From NCBI GenBank assembly GCA_012026655.1, contig JAAILG010001265.1, positions 1-64,000 on the forward strand: a stretch of DNA of 64,000 nt, written 5' to 3'. Every line of letters begins with the position of its first letter. Position 1 is the stretch's first letter. The DNA is from Hydrolagus affinis. Taxonomy: Eukaryota. Made by a program: the position numbers and the translations under genes. This document shows, one piece after another, positions 51,701 to 64,000 of this stretch. Below the pieces are notes generated by a model that saw only the letters and a program-made list of their open reading frames with translations, searched no databases and was not told where the DNA came from.

Positions 51701-54700
51701 TCAAGTATTGATAAGATTGGGATGGAAATCATCAACATTCATTTTGTGGTACCTGAATTGCTAAAAGGCTAGCTAAAGATCTCTAATCGCTAAAGAATTA
51801 GAGATCTTTTGAAAGCCCCTAAATGATGAAGACCTTTGATTATTCCTGCCTTGGTTAACCGACACAGGATGGTCCATACATAAAGTACTGAGGCTTTCAG
51901 ATGCCTCATTCCCTCCCCACCCGTCATCCTGTCCCATCCCATCCGCCACCTCACAAGTCCCCATCTCCCCCGACCATCAAAACTTGCCTACTCACGAGAG
52001 CAGTAAACCTCTCATCAGTTGAAGATGTGATGCTATTATCAAATGAAAATATGGTTATTAATAAACTCAGATGAGAAGGATGGTGTCAGTTTCACATTAA
52101 GCCCTGGAGTGCATCTCTGTATACAAAGTGCTGAACTTATGACATTTTCTGCTCAGAGCGTGTCGCACGATAATTTTTCCAAACATTTGTAACTCTTTAA
52201 GTAAAGATGTTTCCCAAACATCTGTTCCAAATTTAGTTTCCCATGTATGCTCATTGATGCTATTTTCTTGCCTTCCTTTGAATTAGTAGACTGACTTTAC
52301 TCCACTTTCCCATATTTTTATACTGCGATAACATGAATTAGTTTTGCATTGAGTTTTGCTTCTGCTGTTTGTTTCCAGCTCTGCGTCGCTTTAATGTATT
52401 CGACTTTTGGTGCTGTATTCTGAATTCAGTGTTGAATCTATAGAATGGCATACTACAATGCCTTTGTTTAGTGTTGTTCAACCACAAGCTCACAATGTGC
52501 TTCCCTTTAATTTCCTTGCAAATAGATTCTTTTTTAATTAAGTATTTGCAGGAAACAAAATGAATTGTCCAACCTTATTTGATGTCCCTCAGTGGGCCTG
52601 TATAAGCAGGTACTGAACAGCTATGAGCAAAACAATAGATGATTCTCAGTGGAGATGTTCTATTAACTATTAATACAACTATTTACTGATGCGACATTGA
52701 AATACTGATCAGATTGCCCTCCAAATTACTAGAAAAACAGAAATAAATGTGCGTAGATAGCAATTTATTAAAAAGCTTGAAGGTGTACTTTATTTCGATA
52801 AACAAGTGGTGAAACAACAGTCGCTTCGGAAAATCCTGACTAAAATCGTTTTACACAAGGTAAAATCCAATTGAACAATAAAAGCAATGAGCGTGGGTTC
52901 TAATTCACTCCTGTCTCTAGCATTTAGAACAGATTTGACATTTCAGTTTGCATCACCGAGAGGAGAATCCAGCCAACACAGGATTGGCTTTTCCCTTTCT
53001 TCAAGAAGTCCTATATGCCCATTTGTAACACGATTATAAATGGTCACATGTCGCCAAACCAATTTGGAAAACATTGTAAAAATACAGTTCTACTTTAATA
53101 ATTCAAACAAGTCTACAAAATCACTTTGCTTCACTTTTTTATTTAAAAAAAGTAAACCTATCGCAACTAATGGAAAAATGTATTATAATAACTGATACTG
53201 TAATAATAACAATAATAATCCTTGCATTTGATATAGCACTTTTCACGTCTTCTAGACGTATCAAAGTGCTTCAATAATTCCTCTGGAATCCAGTTCAGTT
53301 ATTTTTATACAGATTAGAATTGATAGAAATGCAAGGCGTTTCGTAGTTTGGATGATGGTTTGAAAAAAAAGTGTAAAACATAATCTTGTAAAACAAAAAT
53401 TGTGGATCAAAATGCTAATGTTGTCCTTAAAGGCTTAACCAGTGATGTGCAGCTATTGTATATTGACTGCTCCAAAACATATTCTTCAGATCCTAACTAG
53501 ACTGATCAGCAATGCTAGCAATAACTTGGCCAACAGAGGTTACGTACACTACACCAAGAAAAGCTAATGAAGTCTGGGGCACTGTGGATCAGGTAGCTGC
53601 TACTCACTGCATTGCCAAGAATTTTGAATTTGCATGTTGCTCTCTTCCGAGTAGCAAAGAGCAAACAAAAGTTCAAGACTGCAACCTTCCCTCCTTTATT
53701 TTTCTTTGAGCGGTCCGGTTGAAGGCCCAACCAAACCCATCCTGCAACACAGCACCAACGCTGAAAAGAGTAGGAGAGTAAAGAAAAGAATCGATGCCAA
53801 GAAGATGTAGTTAGGTGGCACGAAGCCTGGGTTTTAAATGGCTGGTGTTCAGGCTTTAGGCGTAGACACCAGCTGCTTATTTGTCACCCACTATCCCACT
53901 AGAATGGCAAGAATGTTCGTGGAACGTTGGCATTCGAGCGCAAGGAGATTTAACAGGGGTGGGTGATGACAAACCCAGAATGGCCAGCGGAATTGAGTTG
54001 CAGGTGGAAGGAATCTAAATCAAAGGAACTGAACCGATTCCGGGGTTCACCGCATGGCTTGAATCTCACTCGTAACAACCGATCCCAAAGTTCGATGAAG
54101 AAACGCTACACCTTCCAAGATGAGACACCTTCGTGAGTCAAGATTCATAATTAGAAAATGATTCCGGTAAATGTTATGTGAGCCATACTACCCATCCAAA
54201 TGAAGCCATCGCAATGCGCTTGGGATTATAGCAACTTCCATTTGTATATTGCTGTAAACCGCAAATACCTCAACACACAGAGGAAAAAGTATTCAGTGAC
54301 AAGTTACCCATGGTGGCCAGTTAGGCATATGACTAAGCACATAAATAAATGCTGCCAGGATATTGACAGCATGATGACTTAAGTGGTAGTGACAAGTTCA
54401 GCCAGGGCCAAGTTATCAGGAGTTCACTGCATATAAAACAGTTACAGTTACATCTGCAACCCCGGTGTGTGGAAAGGGCATTGAATTCAACCTCAAAACC
54501 ATCCCCACGATTTACAAGTGAAAAACTCTTCACTACACCAAGAAAATAAACTGGGAATTACTTTAAGCAGACATGCAACAAATTATATACACAGATATTT
54601 TAAAAATCACCGAGGAGAAAGAAAATCTTTTTGTTTCCTTTACCGATGAACATTCATAATCAAGTTTTTAATTCATTTTCTGTCATCCATTTATTATTCT

Positions 54701-57700
54701 GTTTATTTTTTTTTAAATCATGGTTTACTGAATATCTACAAATTCAATGGATTTTTCGTTTTCTTGTTACAGCTCACAATTTATCTTCATTTTTTTGTTC
54801 CTCAGCAAACAGTCTGTAATTTTCTGCCAAACTAAAATATAAAAAGTTGTGGGCACAACTGATGAAATGTGAGAACGCTATTTATAAATGCAGCAAAACT
54901 GGTTACTGAATTCTGTGGGACTACATGCTTACTAGCCTACAGCATTTTATTGATTTGGGAATCTATGTGACGCACTTCCATTTTTTTTTATAGTGCTGAC
55001 ACAGGAACAGACTTAAACACTGGTCTCCTGAGATGATCTTTGAAAATTCATGAATAAAGTAGCACTGAAACAGAAAAATGATTAACAGAGCCTGGCTGAG
55101 CAGAGGTTTATTTGATAAATTTAAGATTAAAGAAATATTTGAAATTCACATTACTTATTAGTCATGTTTAAAATTATAATTCATTTGGAGAAAGAATTCC
55201 TCAGATGCATTGAGTTTTTTCTGTATATAAAAGAAATTCATTCATTGGTATTCGGTCCAAGCAATAAACTGAGTGTATGCTCCACAAGTACATATGCCTT
55301 TACGTAAAATGAAAAAAAGACATGTTTCATGTATTTGCATAGATTCCAATAAGAACACTTACAATATAAAACAGAAACATGCCTATGTATCATTTCATTA
55401 CTTAGTATTCTCATTTTAGAAAAATACATATTTGGTCTTTAGGAAGGATAAATAATAATAATAATTAATAATAATAATTTACATTGACTTCATTCATTTG
55501 TTCATAGCTGACATACCATCAGTTCTGCAGTACTGTAATGTATAATTAAAATGTAGTTATAATGTGTGAAGATTAACTCTTTTATTCTTGAAGATGACTT
55601 ACGAACTGCATCAACAAAATACAAAGCTCGGTCTTAGCAGGAGAGGCTAATGCAATATTTTTTATTTGCCTTAGGTGCAAAGATTCCATTGGACACATTA
55701 TTCAGAACATTAAGACCACTTCCTACATTTAACACGCGAGACCTAATGATCTTTCAGTTGTACTGAAAGAGACAGAAAGAACTTCAGTTCAATATTTCAC
55801 CTGAAACAAGCAGTTTGTGTGTATGGTCTTTGTCAAAGGTTGCACTGCTTCATTGGTCTCAGAATTATGCCCGAGTCAATTGACAGTGCTCAAGGCATGA
55901 TCTTTCTTGTCATGAAGGAAGAATAATGGCAACTAATTAAAGACTAATTAAAGGCATTAACTGGAAGATGCACAGATATTTGTACCTGTTTTGCAATTTA
56001 TCAATGGTTCTGTACATGTGTCTGCATTTTTACGCCGCATTGTGCCTATTATTTTTTTGTCGTCGTTGATCAGGAATCGGAAGTCTTACTTTTTATACCA
56101 AGGGTGCTTTTATGTTTTATACAATAAGCTTTGTAATTTACAAGAAAAATAAAGCACTGAAACAAGCCATTCAAGCTCAACCAGTACCAGTGTTTGTGCT
56201 ACACATGAGCCTCCATAGTCCTATTCATTTCACTTTTACCCTTTTATTTCCTCTCCCTCATACACGGCTAATTGTTTTTCTGGTAAATACATTGATGCTT
56301 TTTGCATCAACCAAAAATTTATTGTGGTGAGTTACTCATTCTCACCAGCTTCTGCATGAAGAGTTTCCTCCTAAACTCCCTGTTGGATCTCATATTCCCT
56401 ATTACACTTTCTAGCTTCAAACAAGACAGTTTTTTTTTCAGGGCCCCTCAGGGTGAGCATAGTACTGAACATCACTTACATGAAAAAGGATAGCAGGGAA
56501 AGCGGGATAGATTAAGCAGTGGTAAGATCCCACTAAGGCTGAATTTTAATAGATTCTCAGGGGCAGGAAGAGTTGGGCAGATATGTTCTACTATTTGAGG
56601 TACTAGGAAAGAATTTGCTAGATTTGGGAAGAGATCATTCAGTTAATTTTAATACCATGATTGTGCAGGGATGAGAAAGAATATGTAACACAGTGCAAAT
56701 GCAAGGATTATTAATGCAATATATTGGGAGCCAGGGTGGAAAAAAGGGAAACTTCAGAGCAACTATGTTATCAATAAAATAGAGAAAAGTTAGAAAGATT
56801 GGAGAAGAGTGAGAGGAAGATAAACTTTCTATTGTATCATGTTTAGCACTGCAAGCGTGTTGCTGGAAGGGCCTCGTCAGATATGGAAGCAGTATTCAAG
56901 ACTTGAATTGACTTGAGATTTATAGAGAACTATGATTTGTTGAGCGCAGGAAAGACTATACACCTGGAGACTTAGGCAAATAGCGATGACTTTATTCAGG
57001 GACTGCAGCTCTGTGACAGTGTGAAAACACCTCTATTCTAGTCATTGGATCACAATGTCTTATTTTTGTAACTCTTGTTTAATAATATTCATCTGAATAG
57101 ATGCAATATTAACAATTATGGTGTGGGAAAATTTGTGGACAGAATTTGGCTACTCGTGTAATGTGCCACATCAGAGAGATGCCTTAACCAAGTTATAATG
57201 TATCCATCCAGGTTATAGGCATTGACCATTAATTGAGTAATCATTCATATTCAGGGTTTCTTGCTTGGTGTTGAGATTGTGGTTGTTTTTTTGGATGGCT
57301 GAATGGTTAGATTTTGTGATTTTTGTTTCTCATAACTGCACACCATACAAATTTTCATGCTTTTGTGATGTAAGGAATGGATTGATAGTAAGGAGTAGTA
57401 AAAAAAAAGTTGTAAAGGGGAATCAATTTGCTCAGTTGTCAACTAGTTCATCTCTACCAGCTGGTTAAGTGTTTAAGCTGTGCCTGAAGGATTCCAGTTT
57501 AGAGTGATAGTTAAACACCAGTGCAGTGTTTTGGGGCCCTGTATAAAAGAAGGTACTCTACTTTAAAAGAGCTACTAATTTAACTTCCATCTGTCTTGCT
57601 TGATTTTAAATACTCTGTAGCAGCAGCTGCAAATATGGGTGCTGGTGGGGGGGGGAAGTGTTCCCTGATAAATCATTTTATTTATCATTCCATCGGCTTG

Positions 57701-58222
57701 AAATGCTTCATATCAATATTCTTAAGATAATACTTTTCTATGTTGCTCACCAGCACCATTCATTCCTACTATATATTTGTGCACTTTTAGATCAAAAACA
57801 AAGTGCTGTGCATGCATGCTGAAAATAAATGTTGGCAATGCCAATAGACATGCTTATTTATGTTCTTTAATACATCATTTATTGTACATCGTGACACTTA
57901 AGATTCTTGATTCTGCACCACTGAAGTTCTCGTTGTTTACAAATGTCCGAGACTCTTCAGATTTAAATAAAATGAGAGTTTTCATTTGGACCCTGTCTGT
58001 GCTGCCATTTCAAGCATATGTCTCTCCTACAAGTCATTTGCTACCTTACATAAAATAAATAAATCAAACTCGTGAAAGGCTGAGTCACTCTGAACTTCTC
58101 ATCAATATTTCTTATCCCAGACATTAAATGGTAATTACCGTGATTTAACACTAACTGATTGATACCTGATGAGGGTGACAAGCAGTGAATTATTTCGATG
58201 CAAACGAGTGCAAACAAACTAG

Positions 58223-58422
58223 GTTGGGTAGCTGAATAAGGTACGAGCTAGTTTAGAGCTAAAATTGAACTGCATGCAGTCAGAACAAAGGAAAACATTT
58301 CGACACTCAGAATAGTTTTACAATAGTTAGGTAGCTTTACAAGATACGAGCCAGTTGAGAGCTAAAATTGAACTGAATGCAGTCAGAACAAAGAACAAAC
58401 ATTCCAACACTCAGAATAGTTT
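58223..58422. repeat. Tandem duplication, period 103 bp, about 2 copies
   Basis: AGAGCTAAAATTGAACTG(C/A)ATGCAGTCAGAACAAAG...ACACTCAGAATAGTTT occurs twice. Confidence 0.9.
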
Positions 58423-58739
58423 AAGTTGCCCCAATGCTGACTGAAAATTTTAAGTGATATTAATGGCAACTCCATAAGGAGAGTAGGCGGAACCCAAGTG
58501 AATGTTCATAACTATTTCCTCGCACTTTCATTACAAATTATATTTTATTCCCCGACTTTCCAAGGAGATAAGGTGTTTAGTCCTATGTGTATACTTGGTT
58601 GATAGGTATCTCAATAATTGATTTGTCAAATTTCATAAACAGATCTGAACAGAGAAAATTTAGTCACTTTCTGTTGCTCAGTAGGAGTCTTCCAGTAAAC
58701 ATAAAAGTATGATACAACTATTAATGTTAATTAGCAGAT

Positions 58740-59030
58740 AATAACCCATTTCATTTGGGATAGCACCTTTTCAATGGGATTGTGTTCCAAAACACTACAC
58801 AGGATATGTGCAAAGTGCAGTGACTGTGTTTTATGGGTGAACACGGCAGCCAATTTTGCACATAGCAATGTCCCACAAACAGCCATGAAGTGAATGAGCA
58901 ATTTTATTTGGTAGATTGTTGGCCAGGATACCAACACAAACCCCTTTGCGCTTTTGAAATAGTGGCTTGGGTGCATCAACATTCACCTGAACAGAAAATT
59001 GGGGCCTTGATTTAACATCTCATCTGAAGT
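58740..59030 (-). mobile_element. Older DeuSINE (SacSINE1/AmnSINE1-type Deu domain)
   Basis: GCAGCCAATTTTGCACATAGCAATGTCCCACAAACAGC...TTGTTGGCCAGGATACC...CATTCACCTGAACAG...TTTAACATCTCATCTGAA; related fragments at about 15125-15235(-), 29400-29595(+), 32245-32440(-), 42375-42540(+). Family assignment from memory. Confidence 0.7.
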
Positions 59031-61129
59031 ATGATGTTAATATGTCATTGATATTACAACAGTATAGAGCTGTGTACAATCGCAATGTCACATTGACACA
59101 CAGAGTGATTGAACTAACATTTATAAACTTCTTCATGGGTTTGCACCAATAAAAATTAATTCTCATTAAATAAGCCTCCACCGGGGAATCCAAAGCCTTC
59201 AATATTAAACACTAATAGAATATTTCAAAGTCCCTGTGTGAATGCTAATCATTTCTAAACGGATTGAAATTAAATCAATGGTGTTGATGTGTGACACTGA
59301 AATTTACAGACAAGGGATACACATAGGTGACATAGATGAAATTGACAACTGTTGCTTCCAAGCTATGATGCTTAGTTAGAACTTTTAAAGTTAAACTCTT
59401 CTTCAGCAGTATATTTTACAACATTTTCACACGGGTATTTGATGTGTCATCTTCTGTCCAGTGCATATATATGATGTACTTCATTTTTCGACATGTAAAA
59501 TGTGCTGATAAGAAAGAACATGAATCAACTATTAAATCTACTTGTTAGCTCTAATCTTGTTACTTTGATGAACCAATGATTTTCTGATTATGGATTCATC
59601 AGCTTTATTCTCCCCACATCCATTACAAACAATAATAGTTTGAGGCTGATTCTCATTTCCTGGTCTTCAAATTCTTCAATGTTCTTTCTTTCCCAAATCT
59701 ACCTAAGCAATTTCCTCAAGTCATTTATCCTACAGGCACCTCTTCTGATGGTGATCTATTGCTCACTCTTTGCTCTTTCTGTTCCACTATTGAGCCTTCA
59801 AACACCAAGCCCTATTCATGTGGACATCTCTTCTAAGACCAGACACGCTTTGCCTTGATTCCTCTCTATCACAAAACAGAAGGTCATTTTTTATCCAATG
59901 TTTTTATCAAGTAAACACCAGTTTAAGTTATTACAAAGTTCTTTAAGTAGCCAATAAAAAAAAACCTTTCTTATTTCTGGATTTACGTTTCTGTTTGGCA
60001 GCTCACAGCATGCACAACCTACTAGAGAAGGATTATCTGTCTTTCAGTCTCCACCAAAGGGGAATCCAGACTCTTTGATAAAGAGCTCTGCCTTATTCAC
60101 AATTGCCTTGTCTTAAAAAAAATCAACTTAGTTATTGAAACCCTTGACACATTGAACACGGGAATAGGCAGGTTTCCAATAACTGTGGGGATGAAACAAG
60201 AGATCCTCAAACTCGAGTATTTTCCTCTCAAATGTCCCCCTCCTTCAATCATTAGTCTAAATCAATGGGCAGCAAATGGAAATAACTTGAACCTGCTGCG
60301 TGTATCATGGCCTCTCCATGCCATCAGTGGAAATCCTTCTATCACTTAATTCCTAACCTATGGAACTCTCGCTCTACCCCCTATCTATTTGCATTTGAAA
60401 TCTACTTCTTACCATGCCTTTCCTACCTCCCCATTTCTCATCTCCTTTGCTTGATGGCCTCCCCATTAGGGTGAAGCCATCCAAAATGTTATCCTGCATG
60501 AAGGGTGCTATATAAATCCAAGTTGTTGCAAAGACTTGAAACATTAAAAAGAACAGAAGGGGGAGAATGGCATGTGACAAGCGCAAGTAATGTACAGTAC
60601 TTTAAATGTTTTGGTTTCAAGTTACCTGTATTCACTTTTCTCTTCGTTGGGTAGGATTAATAATAATGGTAGGTTGCAAACACAATAATACAGTTCTCCT
60701 TATATTTGGGCACCTTCAATGCTGCAATGTTAGTTTTCCTTCAACTTCACCATGGGTGAGCTGCCAACATGCAGAACCTGTGTAGACTCAAAAAGACAAG
60801 AGGTTCTGTAGATCTGCTAGAAATGCCAGGGCTAGAGTCACACAGTGAACATGAGTGGATCTGAATTGATTATTTTAAATGGGATTCTTGGTGTGCTCTC
60901 TGAATACATTTGCAATGTGGAACCTCCATAATCATTTTAATGTGTCCTAGCATGAAATCGATTTTAAAGTGATTTTCTTCCATTGATATTCTGTTGTACA
61001 ACTGGTTACACTGGTTGGTCTCTGGAGACATAATCCTTACACAAGGTGTAAGCATTTTCCATAACAATCGTTTATCATTTTTCTAATCCCTTTCACATCA
61101 GAATGTCAAATGGCAACCCTGCCTAGGGC

Positions 61130-61495
61130 AGTCGTGGTGCTTTGAGCTGGATAGAGACAGGGTTGGAGGCCTCAAGCAATGAGTGATGAGAGAGGAAGGA
61201 GCGAGGCTTGGAGATGACTACTCATTCCAGCACCTTGGAGAGGAACAAGTAGTTTGGTGATGTGTCTGTAGCTGGAGGGGATGGAGGGAGAGGTTAATGA
61301 TGGTAGCTAGCAGGGAGAGCAAGATTGGTGGCCGGGAAAGGTCTGGTGATAGGTTGGGGGAAATGGGTGGTGGGTTTAATGTATGAGATGTGGAAGGAGA
61401 GAGAAACGAGAGAGATTGGCTCAAAAGTTCCGGAAGGAAGGGTGAATGGAGGAAAGGGAAGAGGGTGGATGGCAGCTGTGGTGGAGGTAGTTGAG
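61130..61495 (-). mobile_element. Decayed L2-clade LINE fragment (region upstream of RT)
   Basis: G/A-rich plus strand; the minus strand is Pro/Ser/Leu-rich and gives LPFLSKVLE-like sequence (TTCCTCTCCAAGGTGCTGGAA) typical of L2 ORF2. Confidence 0.65.
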
Positions 61496-62600
61496 CAGAA
61501 AACCCTTCAGTTTTAATGAAAGGCTAATTTATTTAAAAGCCAATGTGATTTATACTACTTTAATGAGTTTACAGACAATAGTTAAGCAGTAAATTAATTC
61601 CAGTCCAATGATTTAGAAAGTGATCTGAGCCAGACCTGCATTAAATGGTACTGCTCTAGCTCATATAAAAGAAAAATGACATTGTTTTTTTTCATCATCT
61701 GAAGATTAAATTCCATTGGGAAGAAAATTAAATGCCCACATTCTTATTTTTATTCAACAGCTTCAAATTAGAGAGGGGGCGTTTGGGGGAAGGTAATCTA
61801 CTTCCCTTCCTTTTCAAAAGTATCTTAAAGGTAGGTATCCACGATTCAGGGTTCAACCCATTACCTTGCACCCCCACCATTGCCTCCGGCAACAAGACTC
61901 TCATCTTAGTCTACAGCAGGTTTCACAAACCTTTAACATTCCAGAACAGAAAAAACCTCCCAGACCCTTCATCGAGGCTCGACCCAAGCAAACTCCATAG
62001 ACCATGAAAGTCTGAGAGAACAGTTGGTATTATTTACTCTCTTGTTTTTTTTTTTGACCCTGGGAAATAATGTGACAAAGCACAGCATCCACGGTTCGCC
62101 AAAGGAGATGAGTGTTGAGCTTTCAAAGTTTGGGTAGGCAACTTTATAAATCACTGTTTTGATTCGGGTGAAGAATCCCTGCGAGATTATTTCTGGCAAA
62201 AAGCCCCTTCTACCCTGAAACAAATATAATGACTCACACCCCACCCATCCCAACACACCCACCAATCTGTTATTGAATACAAAGCTTAACTTTGGTGAAT
62301 GTTCAGGATGTCACGACCCGACAGATAAAGTCCCGGTTTTACTTGGCATTACCGAGTCGAATTGATTTACACAGCCTTTCTTCCTCAGAACCTTAACTAG
62401 CAATAAACCCTGAGTTGACCGAGTTGTAACTCAAACCTACCTGAACAAACAGGTCGAAGAGGTTTGCAATCTGGGATTTTCACTCTGGGTAAAAATAGAC
62501 AGTGTCTCCCCAAAAAATCTCATGATACCGAACTGTGGGAAGTTATATTGGTTTTTCTCTAGAAGACACTCTAAGATCAATGCAGTTCTATACAAACTAA

Positions 62601-62640
62601 ATATATGTGTGTGTGTGTATATATATATATATATGTGTGT
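62601..62640. repeat. Compound (TG)n(TA)n microsatellite
   Basis: Seen directly; also (TA)n at about 62964-63003 and (CT)n at about 63770-63790. Confidence 0.9.
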
Positions 62641-63024
62641 ACTGTTGCCTGGAAGTTGGTGCCAGAGTTGACTGTTGCTCAGGGAATCCCGATCAAGGCA
62701 TCCACAGTTGGGCAGAAAGATTATCAGAGGTGGACCAGTGGAGACTGACTCGATGTGGGAATTGGCAAACACGCTTGGAATGTATTGCAAGGAATTGGCG
62801 AGAGAACTCCAATAGAATGGCGAATAATGTGAAGGATAACGTATGGATGTGAGTCACTGTGACTTTTGAGAGTTATCTGGCGATTGGCAATATGAATAAG
62901 GCGTTTGCACTGATTGAAAACCGCAAAAAAAAATGAATAGCAGATATATCCAGCTGCACTTTTTATATATATATATATATATATATATAATATGTATATA
63001 TATTGCAGTCTCACTCTACCAACC

Positions 63025-63285
63025 CAGGCGTGGCTCTTTCGGTGCGGTATAGATTTCCGACCAATGTTTTTGCATATCACCATGTGGATTATTTAAAACC
63101 ATCATTTGAAAATAGTGCTATATAAGGGTGAGTGCGTGACAGCCATACAGAGCGGGTTTGCATGTAAGAAAATGAATCGACTACATCCAAACGCGTCGAT
63201 ATTCTTCTATACGTGCCAGAGGTAAACGCCAGCACATCTATTGGTTGTCACGGTTTAACCCCTGGGTGAATATGACCGAGTTGGT
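63025..63285. promoter_or_regulatory. Candidate promoter or enhancer (CpG-enriched motif cluster)
   Basis: CCAAT 63061, TATATAAG 63119, TGCGTG 63133, TACGTG 63210, ATTGG 63240; about a dozen CpGs in ~260 bp against a CpG-poor background. Confidence 0.35.
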
Positions 63286-63381
63286 TTGTTTTTTTCAAGT
63301 TGGAAGTAAAGTTCAGAAAAAGTGCACAAAGTTAGTTTAAAAGTTGTGTCTGACTGCAGTTTAATAGCTTCACTTTTTTTT

Positions 63382-63456
63382 GGGGGGGTGGGGGGGTTGG
63401 GGGGGTGAGGGGTTGGGGGGGGGGTTGGGGGGGTGAGGGGTGGGGGGGGTGGGGGG
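63382..63456 (+). repeat. G-run array, putative G-quadruplex-forming sequence
   Basis: About nine runs of 4-10 G separated by 1-3 nt. Confidence 0.85.
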
Positions 63457-64000
63457 AGCTAAATGAAAACAGTTATATCTGTTCACCCACCTTCCTACCT
63501 TACATTAATTGTTGTCACCTATTACAGTTCAGACTGTACACCATGCATTTCCAAACTGTATATGTCTACCTTTATGCCCTTGTGGCCAATTAGATTGACT
63601 TATGCATAAACCCTATGGATGTACAGGTTGGATGTATTTCTTCACTTTACTTGTATTAAATCCCCCAAGTCATCTGCAACTCCAAACAGACACAGATCCA
63701 CACAGAGCAAATGCATTGGCATACAATAGTGTTTTTCAATGTGGAAAGCAACACGTTGTAAATAACCAGTCTCTCTCTCTCTCTCTTTCTGTAAGTCAAC
63801 GATCCTGACTTATCTACATGATAATCAAAGTATTAAATGTTATTGTCGTTTCCCTTTGGGCCAAGTTTTGTTGGCAGATTGAATAATGGTTGTGGGGCGA
63901 CCACATTGCAACGCACCAAGGATTTCGCAGACCAATAAGTCTACATGGCTTATTGCCCACATTTAAATGCACGTCATCCTGTATGTGGGGAATCTGTCGC

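Noticed and set aside
58223-58422. CRISPR-like or satellite array
   Set aside because: Only two units with no repeat-spacer structure, in eukaryotic DNA.
62640-62856. Possible non-coding exons ending in GTGAGT donors (62849, also 54133) and a minus-strand AG|GTAAGT near 48995
   Set aside because: No matching acceptors or exon chain; GTGAGTCA is equally an AP-1 site, and such hexamers are common by chance.

Overview
AT-rich vertebrate genomic DNA. The repeat content (tRNA-headed SINEs with a Deu-type core and L2-type tail, CR1 and L2 LINE debris) points to a cartilaginous fish, possibly a chimaera; this is an inference. The first ~24 kb hold the 3' part of a kinesin-8 gene, KIF18A, on the + strand. 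I assembled 12 GT-AG exons by hand (4004-23582); they splice in frame to 1980 nt (659 aa plus stop), from the end of the motor domain to the C-terminus. The remaining ~40 kb has no supportable protein-coding gene: it is SINE/LINE/MITE remnants plus repeat-poor, regulatory-looking stretches, ending in a CpG-enriched motif cluster and a G-run. In other jawed vertebrates BDNF lies downstream of KIF18A, but I recognised no BDNF exon here. The most interesting structure is three related MITEs in alternating orientation inside KIF18A introns, bracketing two exon blocks (450 and 942 nt) that would both be stop-free and in frame if circularised. The KIF18A tail also appears remodelled: an extra 90-nt exon, a KEN box, no C-terminal LR, and candidate poison or decayed exons. 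Nearly all ORF-track entries outside the KIF18A exons look spurious. I cannot establish a new biological system from sequence alone; the findings are testable hypotheses.
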